Source of the DNA: an uncultured Bdellovibrionales bacterium
GTDB taxonomy: Bacteria; Patescibacteriota; Minisyncoccia; Moranbacterales; UBA1568
Assembly: GCA_964597355.1 (NCBI GenBank)
Contig: CAZQWS010000006.1
Coordinates: 1-53,359 of the forward strand
DNA: 53,359 nucleotides
Reading direction: 5' to 3'
A model generated the notes under the pieces. It did no database searches. It was not told the origin of the DNA and saw only the letters and a program-made list of their open reading frames with translations. Positions 43,249-51,515 of the stretch are shown piece after piece. The translations under genes and the position numbers were made by a program. How positions within the stretch are numbered: the first letter of the stretch is position 1; every line of letters starts with the position of its first letter.

Positions 43249-44115
43249 TCACGAGAACAATACGATGCAAAGAACGCCAACAAGCATACATACAATACCA
43301 GCACTTTTTTCCAAGACATCTTTTTCCTTAAATACAGAAAATCCAAGCAGTGAGCTCCAAAGTATACTCATCCGCTTAAGAGCGATCACGTATGGGACTT
43401 GAGTCACTTGTACCGCCATCATTTGAAAGAGAATTCCTACCCCATCACTTGTCCCAACAGCACTCAGATATTTCCATTTCTTGAGAAGGAGTGGGGCATT
43501 CTTTCTAAGACGGACCATAACAAAAGGGAGCATGAAAAGAATAATGTAAAGATTGATCGATAAAGCCCATACCAAAGGTGACGTGGCCACCACACCAACC
43601 TTATCAAGAGTGGAAGTAAGGCTCCATATGAAAGCCACTAAGAGCATGAGACGGGAGCCCTGTTCTCGGAGTAAGACTCGAAACGGCTCCAGCCATCCCT
43701 TTCTCGATTGACGTATGTTTAAAAAATAAGCTCCTGTCACAATGAAACTTACCCCCATGACTCCAAACCAGGTAGGCCATTCACCGAGAATAAGCGGTGA
43801 CAAAAAAAGAAGAAACAGTGGAGTAAATGAAAGCATCGGTATTGATACTGAGAGGTCGGAATCCTTGATAGCACGCATATAGAAAATGGCAGCCAATACA
43901 TTCAATGTTCCTCCAACAAACAGGGCTCCGAGAAAAGTAAAAGAAAAATCAAAAGTAACTTGGACATTAGAGAATAACATGAAGAAAAAAAGGATAGAAA
44001 AAGCAAAGATCCGGAGGGAAAAAGCGGTGGTATACTCATCAATTTCTTGGAGTACTTTTTTGCCAAAGACATCCCCCAGCGAAACAAAGAAGGATGAAAG
44101 AAGAGCGAATAGCAT
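43249..44115 (-). CDS. EamA/DMT family transporter
   Basis: 10 TM in two repeats, RAIKDSDLSVSIP...P, LILGE, LDK, ALKR, VFKEK. Confidence 0.9.
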   Translation of the reverse strand: MLFALLSSFFVSLGDVFGKKVLQEIDEYTTAFSLRIFAFSILFFFMLFSNVQVTFDFSFTFLGALFVGGTLNVLAAIFYMRAIKDSDLSVSIPMLSFTPLFLLFLSPLILGEWPTWFGVMGVSFIVTGAYFLNIRQSRKGWLEPFRVLLREQGSRLMLLVAFIWSLTSTLDKVGVVATSPLVWALSINLYIILFMLPFVMVRLRKNAPLLLKKWKYLSAVGTSDGVGILFQMMAVQVTQVPYVIALKRMSILWSSLLGFSVFKEKDVLEKSAGIVCMLVGVLCIVLFS

Positions 44116-44145
44116 AACTATGGTTTTGTTCTAACCTGTGGGAGA

Positions 44146-45306
44146 CTACTTTCTGAAACTACTCTCAAGGACTTTTTTGAAGGAGACGGCTATCTTGTCC
44201 CAGCCCTGAAGTTCGGCGCGGCGACGGCTCTCGGCACCATATTCGGTAACCAGGGCTTTATTTTGGAGAAACATTTCAATCGCAGCCGCAATAGCTTCGA
44301 CGGATTTTTCAGGAATGATTTTGCCATTCTTCCCCTCCATGACGAGTTCAGCTGCCCCACCAGTCGGTGTCGAGACAATCGGGAGACCCGAAGCGAGCGC
44401 CTCAAGCATGGCATTACTCATGCCTTCATTGAGAGAAGGTAAGACAAAGAGCGAGGCTTCCTGATAGTAACCCTTGGTGGCTTCGCGTGGAATACGCCCG
44501 AGGAACTGTACTGTCTCTTCGAGGCCTTTTTCTTTGACCAAAGATTCGAGACTTTCTTTGGCATTGCCATCGCCCATTACTTTAAGCCGGAGTTCGGGAT
44601 ATTTGGGGGTGAGAATGGCTATTGCTTCGATAAGGTAATTGAGCCCCTTGCGTTCAGTCACCCGTGAAGCTCCTGGCGTCACGATAAATTCACCAGCCGG
44701 CCGCTTAGTGAGATCGGGTACAAAACGCTTGGTATCGACACCGTTCTCGATAATGACAAAGGTTTGTTGCGGATCAGTTTGCTTGGCCAGTTGGAGCAGT
44801 CCTTGGCTATTGGGCACAACCGCTGCTGCTCTTTTCCATACAAAACGGATAATTTGTTTCAGGAGCGGATAGAGCCAAACATATTTACGACTATAGCCTG
44901 GCACATCTGAACCGCGTAGAGACACTACATACGGCAGGTGAAATTCCCACTTAAGGAGGAGGGCTAGAAATCCGCAGGGTACTCCAAAGAAAGCGAGCGT
45001 CACGTCAAAGGAAGTTGCCGAAGACCGTATCAATTTGCGGCTATACCACCAAGCTTTCAGAGTGTAACGGACGATATCCCCCAATGACTGATGATGAAGA
45101 TTGGCAGGGTTTTTTCCAATCGGTACCCGATGGACGATGACTCTTTCCCCGACCGAGAGTTTCTCCCAGGTATCACCCAAAGCCGAGGTCACGAGGTGCA
45201 CCTCCATATCTGGCATTTTGGCAAACTCCTCGAGGAGTTGTGCGGTAGCATTGGCCGCCCCTCCTCCCAAAGGAGGATATTCGTAGTTGAGAAAGAGCAC
45301 TTTCAT
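44146..45306 (-). CDS. GT4 glycosyltransferase
   Basis: NYEYPPLGGG, LRGSDVP, IENGVD, ERKG, LPSLNEGMSNAMLEA. Confidence 0.94.
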   Translation of the reverse strand: MKVLFLNYEYPPLGGGAANATAQLLEEFAKMPDMEVHLVTSALGDTWEKLSVGERVIVHRVPIGKNPANLHHQSLGDIVRYTLKAWWYSRKLIRSSATSFDVTLAFFGVPCGFLALLLKWEFHLPYVVSLRGSDVPGYSRKYVWLYPLLKQIIRFVWKRAAAVVPNSQGLLQLAKQTDPQQTFVIIENGVDTKRFVPDLTKRPAGEFIVTPGASRVTERKGLNYLIEAIAILTPKYPELRLKVMGDGNAKESLESLVKEKGLEETVQFLGRIPREATKGYYQEASLFVLPSLNEGMSNAMLEALASGLPIVSTPTGGAAELVMEGKNGKIIPEKSVEAIAAAIEMFLQNKALVTEYGAESRRRAELQGWDKIAVSFKKVLESSFRK

Positions 45307-45311
45307 AGGCG

Positions 45312-46622
45312 TTATACACCGACACCATAATAAGTAAAGCCTGCTGCTTCTGCTTCGGATCGCTCGAGGACATTCCGGCCATCGTAAATCACGTCTCCCT
45401 TCATATATTTCTTAAGATCTTTGTGTTCCACTACTCGGAATTCATCCCATTCGGTGCAGATAAGTAAAATATCAGCTCCCTTGAGCACATCTACTGCTTT
45501 TTTACCGTACACGAGACTTTTGTGCTGGAGTGCCTTCTTAGTATTTTCTACAGCAATCGGATCAAAGGCTTTTACCTTACAACCCTCCTCGAGAAAAAGT
45601 TTAATATTTTCGATAGCGGCTGCTTCTCGAATATCATCAGTACGTGGTTTAAAGGCGAGACCCCAGACAGCTATAGTTTTGTCTTTGAGCTTTTCCCCAA
45701 AGATCTCTTTCATTTTCACGAATGGTTTAATACGCTGTGATTGATTCACCTTATCTACGGTCTCAATGATATGGAAATGAGAATTATACTCATGACCTGT
45801 TTCAATAAAGGCCTTCACGTCCTTGGGAAAACATGATCCGCCATAGCCAATACCAGCATAAAGAAATCGCGATCCGATACGATTGTCGTAGCCCAAACCT
45901 TTGGCTACTTCCTTCACATTGCCACCAGCCACATCACAGAAGTTGGCCACCTCATTCATAAAGGTGATCTTCATCGCGAGGAAAGCATTAGCTGCGTACT
46001 TGATAATTTCGGCGCTTCTGACATCGGTAAACATGATGGGACGGCCAGAGCGAGCCAAGGGTCGATAAATCTGTTCCATGAGCTTCCTGGCTTTGACTGA
46101 TTTGGTCCCCACCACTACCCGATCTGGATTGAGGAAGTCTTTCACCGCTGCCCCTTCACGGAGAAATTCTGGGTTAGACACCACTTCAAACGGATGTTTC
46201 CCTTTGGAGGCTTTTTTAATAAGCTCCTCCACCTTTTCGGCCGTCCCTACTGGCACGGTTGATTTATCCACGAACAGTTTGAAACCGTTCAAGTGTTTAC
46301 CAAACGTTTCAGCGGCCGCAAACACATACTGGAGATCGGCTTGCCCCGTCATTTTGTCTTCTGGGGTACCGACTGCCATAAACACCACTTCGGATTCCTG
46401 GATCGCATGCTTCAAGTCAGTGGTAAAAGAAAGTCTTCCTTCTTTGACATTGCGCTCGACAATTTCCTCGAGTCCAATTTCATAAATTGGAATTACTCCC
46501 TTTTTGAGTTTCCCAATTTTGTCCTTGTCGATATCGGCACAAATCACCTCATGCCCGATTTCTGCCATACAAGCACCCGATACCAGTCCCACATATCCCG
46601 TCCCGAGAAAAGTGACTTTCAT
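45312..46622 (-). CDS. ugd: UDP-glucose 6-dehydrogenase
   Basis: GTGYVG, AVGTP, KSTVPVG, SNPEFLREG, IKYAANAF, GYGGSCFPKD, AFKPRTDDIRE. Start moved to ATG 46622. Confidence 0.94.
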   Translation of the reverse strand: MKVTFLGTGYVGLVSGACMAEIGHEVICADIDKDKIGKLKKGVIPIYEIGLEEIVERNVKEGRLSFTTDLKHAIQESEVVFMAVGTPEDKMTGQADLQYVFAAAETFGKHLNGFKLFVDKSTVPVGTAEKVEELIKKASKGKHPFEVVSNPEFLREGAAVKDFLNPDRVVVGTKSVKARKLMEQIYRPLARSGRPIMFTDVRSAEIIKYAANAFLAMKITFMNEVANFCDVAGGNVKEVAKGLGYDNRIGSRFLYAGIGYGGSCFPKDVKAFIETGHEYNSHFHIIETVDKVNQSQRIKPFVKMKEIFGEKLKDKTIAVWGLAFKPRTDDIREAAAIENIKLFLEEGCKVKAFDPIAVENTKKALQHKSLVYGKKAVDVLKGADILLICTEWDEFRVVEHKDLKKYMKGDVIYDGRNVLERSEAEAAGFTYYGVGV

Positions 46623-46623
46623 A

Positions 46624-46665
46624 AGACAATCAACAGTCAACAATTAGCAATTAACAAAAGCAACT
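46624..46665. repeat. Heptamer array downstream of the four-helix-bundle gene
   Basis: AGACAAT CAACAGT CAACAAT TAGCAAT TAACAAA AGCAACT, period 7. Confidence 0.8.
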
Positions 46666-46670
46666 CTTCC

Positions 46671-47030
46671 TTAACTTTGTAAGATTTTTTCTTTTATCGT
46701 TCCGATTCTATTCCAAAGCATTGCCCCAACCTCATCTGACAGTTTCATTAGTTTTTTGTAATCTCCCTCTTTAATGTATTTTTCACGAGCACAAAAGAAA
46801 AGTAAATACTGCGTTTCCTTCAGAGAACCATATGAAATCTGGAGGAAATTCTTAAGCTCCTTATTGCCAACACGAGCAAACCCCTCAATATAATTTAAAA
46901 TAATCGAAAGCGAAGCTCGTCTTATTTGCGAAGTAAGACCGTAAATTTCTTCTTTTGGGAAAGCCTTCGTAACAGCATAGACCCCTTTAGCAAGCTCATC
47001 CATCTTCTCTTTCAAAACATCCTTTGACAT
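46671..47030 (-). CDS. Four helix bundle protein (23S rRNA IVP / bAvd-related family)
   Basis: TKAFPKEEIYGLTSQIRRAS.SI..N..EG..R...FLQISYGSLKE. Confidence 0.92.
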   Translation of the reverse strand: MSKDVLKEKMDELAKGVYAVTKAFPKEEIYGLTSQIRRASLSIILNYIEGFARVGNKELKNFLQISYGSLKETQYLLFFCAREKYIKEGDYKKLMKLSDEVGAMLWNRIGTIKEKILQS

Positions 47031-47033
47031 CTT

Positions 47034-47102
47034 TGCTGATTATTAATTGCTTATCTCCTTCGCTCCCTGTAGTTCGTTAATTGCTGTTTGTTTATTGTTG
47101 TC
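47034..47102. repeat. Two heptamer arrays upstream of the four-helix-bundle gene, complementary to the downstream array
   Basis: TGCTGAT TATTAAT TGCTTAT (47034-47054) and CGTTAAT TGCTGTT TGTTTAT TGTTGTC (47075-47102). Confidence 0.75.
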
Positions 47103-48033
47103 TGATCTCGCGAATATTGTAATTCATCCGATTCCGAACTTGGTAAAAACTCCGGACCGCGATATCCGCCAAGAGACCTGAAATAAAGAGCTGGATACCG
47201 ACCAGCATAAAAAAGATACCAACGAGCGGCCACAAGCGTTCAGAGATAGACTCTCCAAAATACAGTTTTTCTACAGCCATCCATACAAGAATGACTCCTC
47301 CTACGAAGGAAAGAATTACCCCGCTCGCTCCAAAGAGATGAAGTGGTCGGTGAGAATATTTGCGCCAAAACCAAATAGAAATCATGTCGACAAAGCCCTT
47401 GAACCCACGTTTCCAGTTGTATTTGGTCACGCCATGCACTCGTGGATGATGGGACACTTTGACTTCTCCTACCTTGTATCCTTCAAGCTGAAGGATAGCC
47501 GGGATAAACCGGTGCATTTCCCCAAAGAGATCCACATCCTTAAAGCACTCGCGTTTATACGCTTTCAAACTACAGCCTGAGTCATGGATATTGTCATGGA
47601 TAAGGACTTTGCGGAGAAGATTGGCAATACGAGAAGGAATTTTCTTACTCCATGGATCTTGACGTTTGTGGCGCCATCCTGATACGACATCATAGCCTTC
47701 ATCCATTTTGGCCAAGAGAAGAGGGATGTCAGCTGGATCGTTTTGGAGATCGCCATCGAGCGTAATTACCACCTCTCCCTGCGCTGCCTTGAAACCTGCA
47801 TCAAAAGCTGCAGTTTGACCAAAGTTCTTGCGGAAAATGATAAGTTTCAGTGGACTGAGTTTTTTCGCTTCTTCGAGGGTCTTATCGCGCGAACCATCAT
47901 CGATGAAAATAATTTCAAAAGGCCGTCCCAGTTTCTGGACTGCTTCAAGAATTTTGGAATGAAGGAGAGTAACATTCCCCTCTTCATTGTAAAGTGGGAC
48001 CACCACCGAAAGCCAAGGTTTTTCCATATTCAT
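47092..48033 (-). CDS. GT2 undecaprenyl-phosphate glycosyltransferase (ArnC/GtrB-like)
   Basis: VPLYNEE, IDDGSRD, RKNFGQTAA, LDGDLQNDP, SGWR, DSGCSLKAY, GEMHRFIP, two C-terminal TMs. Start taken at ATG 48033 (TACAAT 6 nt upstream). Confidence 0.93.
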   Translation of the reverse strand: MNMEKPWLSVVVPLYNEEGNVTLLHSKILEAVQKLGRPFEIIFIDDGSRDKTLEEAKKLSPLKLIIFRKNFGQTAAFDAGFKAAQGEVVITLDGDLQNDPADIPLLLAKMDEGYDVVSGWRHKRQDPWSKKIPSRIANLLRKVLIHDNIHDSGCSLKAYKRECFKDVDLFGEMHRFIPAILQLEGYKVGEVKVSHHPRVHGVTKYNWKRGFKGFVDMISIWFWRKYSHRPLHLFGASGVILSFVGGVILVWMAVEKLYFGESISERLWPLVGIFFMLVGIQLFISGLLADIAVRSFYQVRNRMNYNIREIRQQ

Positions 48034-48088
48034 ACGACAATTGTACAAGAGAGACTAGGCTTCTGCAATATTCTGATTTGATGCCTTG

Positions 48089-48199
48089 ACCCCGCACCTT
48101 TTCTAAGAAAAGACGTTGGTTACTGAAAGTATAAGCCAAGAAGCGGTTATGCCTCACAATGTCGTTGACCTAAAGTCCTCCTCGGAAAAGGTGCGGGGT
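48089..48199. repeat. 111-nt element bounded by a perfect 15-bp inverted repeat (MITE/REP-like)
   Basis: ACCCCGCACCTTTTC 48089-48103 and GAAAAGGTGCGGGGT 48185-48199. Confidence 0.7.
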
Positions 48200-48220
48200 T
48201 GACAAAATCAGTATTTTTTA

Positions 48221-48249
48221 TTGACAGAAAAACACTTTTGGGGTAGAGT
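48221..48249 (+). promoter_or_regulatory. sigma70 promoter of the epimerase operon
   Basis: TTGACA-N17-TAGAGT. Confidence 0.65.
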
Positions 48250-48273
48250 AATAGGTACTATTATCCAATACCT

Positions 48274-49209
48274 ATGCGTATTCTCGTCACGGGCGGAGCT
48301 GGCTTTATCGGATCTCACGTGGTTGATGCTCTGGTCGACCGCGGTCACCGGGTTACTGTCCTCGACAACCTTTCTTCAGGTCAGGAAGAAAACCTCAATC
48401 GCCGAGCCAAATTCATCAAAGGCGACATCACCAGTCAAAAAAAGCTTGAGAGTGTCTTTAAACGCGTCCAACCAGAAGCCATTTTCCACCTAGCTGCCCA
48501 AATCAATGTCCGGGCTTCTGTAGAAAACCCAATTCTTGATGCTGAATGTAACATTATCGGTAGCCTTCGACTCATGGATATTGCCATGAAGGCTGGAGTT
48601 AAAAAATTCATTTTTTCCTCAACTGGAGGTGCTATGTTTGGAGATAATGCCAGTTATCCAGTTAAAGAAAACGAGCCAGTGACTGCTCTTTCTCCTTACG
48701 GCTTGGCTAAGGCAGGGGTAGAAGGCTATCTCCGTTTCTACCATCGTATCCACGGCCTCCCCTACATTATCCTTCGCTATGGCAATGTCTATGGTCCCCG
48801 CCAAAATCCTCACGGCGAAGCTGGAGTTATTGCCGTCTTTACCAGTGCCATGCTGGAAGGCCGCAACCCTACCATCAATGGTGATGGCGAGCAGACTCGT
48901 GATTATGTCTATGTCGGTGATGTGGTAAAGGCTAACTTAGCCGCTCTTGATTCCGAACTCACCGAAGGGACCTTCCACATTGGTACCGGCAAAGAAACGA
49001 GCGTCAACGAAATTTTCCGCCTTATTAATTGGCAGTTTGGGAAGACTTTCGAAGCAACCCATGGCGAAGCAAAAGCCGGAGAAACCAAGCGAAGCGTCCT
49101 TGATGCCACCAAAGCCGAGCGAGAATTGGATTGGAAAGCAGAAGTAGCCATTGCTGAGGGAATTACTGCAACCGCTACTTGGTTCAAGGCAAGACTTCGT
49201 GAAGAATAG
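48274..49209 (+). CDS. NAD-dependent epimerase/dehydratase (UDP-glucose 4-epimerase-like)
   Basis: TGGAGFIGSH, HLAAQ, FSSTGGA, YGLAK (YxxxK), RYGNVYGPRQ, TRDYVYV. Confidence 0.93.
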   Translation: MRILVTGGAGFIGSHVVDALVDRGHRVTVLDNLSSGQEENLNRRAKFIKGDITSQKKLESVFKRVQPEAIFHLAAQINVRASVENPILDAECNIIGSLRLMDIAMKAGVKKFIFSSTGGAMFGDNASYPVKENEPVTALSPYGLAKAGVEGYLRFYHRIHGLPYIILRYGNVYGPRQNPHGEAGVIAVFTSAMLEGRNPTINGDGEQTRDYVYVGDVVKANLAALDSELTEGTFHIGTGKETSVNEIFRLINWQFGKTFEATHGEAKAGETKRSVLDATKAERELDWKAEVAIAEGITATATWFKARLREE

Positions 49210-49293
49210 TCGTTTGTTTCGACTATAGGGCCGTGGTAAATTAAGATAGATATTAAGGACAGGTTTTGCTTTTTGAGACCTCTTTTTCTGACT

Positions 49294-49986
49294 ATGCCAG
49301 ACTCTTCTCTTCCCTCCATTTTTATTGCGCTGCCTGCTTACAACGAATCCAAAGTACTCGCTGAGGTCATTCAAGAAATTCGTTCTGCTGGCTACCACAA
49401 TATCGTCATGGTCGACGACGGAAGCAAAGACGATACGTTTGAGATGGGAAAACGGGCTGGCGTAATTGCTCTCCGTCATCGTTTGAATCGAGGCAAAGGC
49501 GCTGCCACCAAAACCGCCATCGAGGCTGCCAAGTTTCTCGGAGCCGATATCATTGTCACCATGGACAGCGATGGCCAGCACAACCCAGAGGATATTGCAC
49601 AACTCATTGAACCCATAAAGAAAGGAGAGGCCGAGGTGGTCCTCGGCACCCGTCTTCTCAATCCCAAGGGTATGCCCTGGTACAAAGTTATTGCTAATAA
49701 GATTGGCAATGTTGTGACTTGGTACTTTTATGGTCTCTATGTTTCTGATAGCCAGTCCGGATTTCGAGCTTATTCACGACGAGCAGCTGAGCTCATCGAC
49801 ACTCGAACCGACCGCTATGAATACGATAGTGAAATCATCCGCGAAATGTATCTTCACAAACTCAAGTACTGTGAAGTCCCGATCGAGGTGCGTTATACTG
49901 AATATTCAATGGGAAAAATTCAAAAACAAGGATTCGTGAACGGTCTCAAGACACTCTACAAAATTATTTGGAATCTCATTTCTTAA
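49294..49986 (+). CDS. GT2 DPM1-like polyprenol-phosphate glycosyltransferase (no TM)
   Basis: LPAYNE, VDDGSKD, NRGKGAA, MDSDGQH, VLGTR, DSQSGFRA. Start moved to ATG 49294. Confidence 0.92.
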   Translation: MPDSSLPSIFIALPAYNESKVLAEVIQEIRSAGYHNIVMVDDGSKDDTFEMGKRAGVIALRHRLNRGKGAATKTAIEAAKFLGADIIVTMDSDGQHNPEDIAQLIEPIKKGEAEVVLGTRLLNPKGMPWYKVIANKIGNVVTWYFYGLYVSDSQSGFRAYSRRAAELIDTRTDRYEYDSEIIREMYLHKLKYCEVPIEVRYTEYSMGKIQKQGFVNGLKTLYKIIWNLIS

Positions 49987-50003
49987 TCACTTTTTATACT
50001 CTT

Positions 50004-50354
50004 ATGCCTGAACTTGCTCTATATCAAATAGTCATCGCTATTATCGCTGGAGTCATGATCTTCCAAGGCCTCCAGAAATTCTTCAAACATCAGGCTGGCC
50101 AAACCATCCTCAAGCTCTCTATCCGTATCATCGTCTGGGGTGGCATGGCTATTATTGTACTGTTCCCAAGTATCACCAACACCCTCGCCAAGCTCATTGG
50201 TATTTCTGACAATATCAACGCTGTCATTCTGACGGGCTTCATCTTTATCTTTCTCATGATTTTCAAACTCCTTTCTACTATTGAACGACTCGAGCAACAA
50301 ATCACCGTGCTTACCCGCAAAGAATCCCTTGAGGGAATCAACCAAAACAAATAA
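50004..50354 (+). CDS. DUF2304-like small membrane protein (usual partner of DPM1-like GT2)
   Basis: Three TMs, W..., LIGI, C-terminal IERLEQQITVLTR; directly follows a TM-less GT2. Start moved to ATG 50004. Confidence 0.8.
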   Translation: MPELALYQIVIAIIAGVMIFQGLQKFFKHQAGQTILKLSIRIIVWGGMAIIVLFPSITNTLAKLIGISDNINAVILTGFIFIFLMIFKLLSTIERLEQQITVLTRKESLEGINQNK

Positions 50355-51506
50355 ATGAACCTTCTTGTTTTTTCTCCTTACTATCCGCCACATACCGGTG
50401 GACTAGAGAGTCATAGTGATGAATTTAATCACTCCCTTTCCAGAGAAGGGGTAACTATCACTGTCTTTACTCCAAAGCTTCCTCTCTCTTCTCCATCACT
50501 TGAGACTCGTTACGATAACGTGCGTATCCTTCGTTTCCCCGCGATTGAACTTATTCCGAACTACCCTTTCCCAAAGTTCTGGAAAAAAGAATTTTGGATG
50601 CTTTGGAAAAGATTACAGGAAGAAAAGTATTCTCTCGTTCTATCTCGTACTCGTTTTTTCTTTACCTCTCTCATGGCTTGGCACTATGCCCGGAAAGCCT
50701 CAATTCCTTGGGTTCATATCGAACATGGATCAGATTTTGCTCGTTTTAACAGTCCGTTAAAAACCTTGGCAGGTAAATTGTATGACTACACGCTTGGAAC
50801 CTTTGTACTGCAAAAGAGCGATCTCAATATTGCTAATTCCAAGGCCTCTGCTGATTTCGCGGAGCGGCTTTCTCGTCGTACCGACTGCAAAGTCATTTAC
50901 CGAGGCGTAGAAAAGGATATCGTCCAAAGCGTTGCTCCCCACTCATTTTTCCAAGAACATTTTCCTGGAAAAGTAGTCATCGGTTTTGTAGGACGTCTCA
51001 TAGATGGCAAGGGAGTATTTGATCTCATAGAAGCTTTCTCACAACTCAATTCCCCTACTAGTATCTGCGCTATCATCGGCGATGGCCCAGAGCGGGCGCA
51101 GCTGGAAAAGTTCATCGCTCAAAAAAAGCTCGAGGATAAAGTGGTACTTCTCGGTGAAAAACCATTCGCCGAAGCCATGGCCCTCCTTAAGTCGTTCGAT
51201 ATCTTCGTCAACCCAAGCTACACTGAAGGTATCCCGACTGCTGTGATTGAAGCGGCTCTCTGTCGCAAAGCCATCATCGCCACAGATGTCGGTGGCACCC
51301 GAGAAATCATCACTGGGAAGAATGATGGTTTTCTTATTGCTCCACATGATATTGACGCTCTTCATCAGAAACTGAGCCTTCTCCTTGAAGATGCCACCTT
51401 GCGTCATTCGCTCGGCGAGCAAGCCTTCCTCGGAGTACAGAAAAAATTCGATTGGCATCATGCTACCGAAGAGTACCTCACTCTTTTTCATAAACTTCTC
51501 AAATAA
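50355..51506 (+). CDS. GT4 glycosyltransferase
   Basis: YYPPHTGGLE, HIEHG, IYRGV, VGRLIDGKG, PSYTEGIPTAVIEA. Confidence 0.94.
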   Translation: MNLLVFSPYYPPHTGGLESHSDEFNHSLSREGVTITVFTPKLPLSSPSLETRYDNVRILRFPAIELIPNYPFPKFWKKEFWMLWKRLQEEKYSLVLSRTRFFFTSLMAWHYARKASIPWVHIEHGSDFARFNSPLKTLAGKLYDYTLGTFVLQKSDLNIANSKASADFAERLSRRTDCKVIYRGVEKDIVQSVAPHSFFQEHFPGKVVIGFVGRLIDGKGVFDLIEAFSQLNSPTSICAIIGDGPERAQLEKFIAQKKLEDKVVLLGEKPFAEAMALLKSFDIFVNPSYTEGIPTAVIEAALCRKAIIATDVGGTREIITGKNDGFLIAPHDIDALHQKLSLLLEDATLRHSLGEQAFLGVQKKFDWHHATEEYLTLFHKLLK

Positions 51507-51515
51507 ATAAACTTT

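Noticed and set aside
46671-47030. Diversity-generating retroelement implied by a bAvd-related gene
   Set aside because: No reverse transcriptase and no template/variable repeat pair seen in the window.
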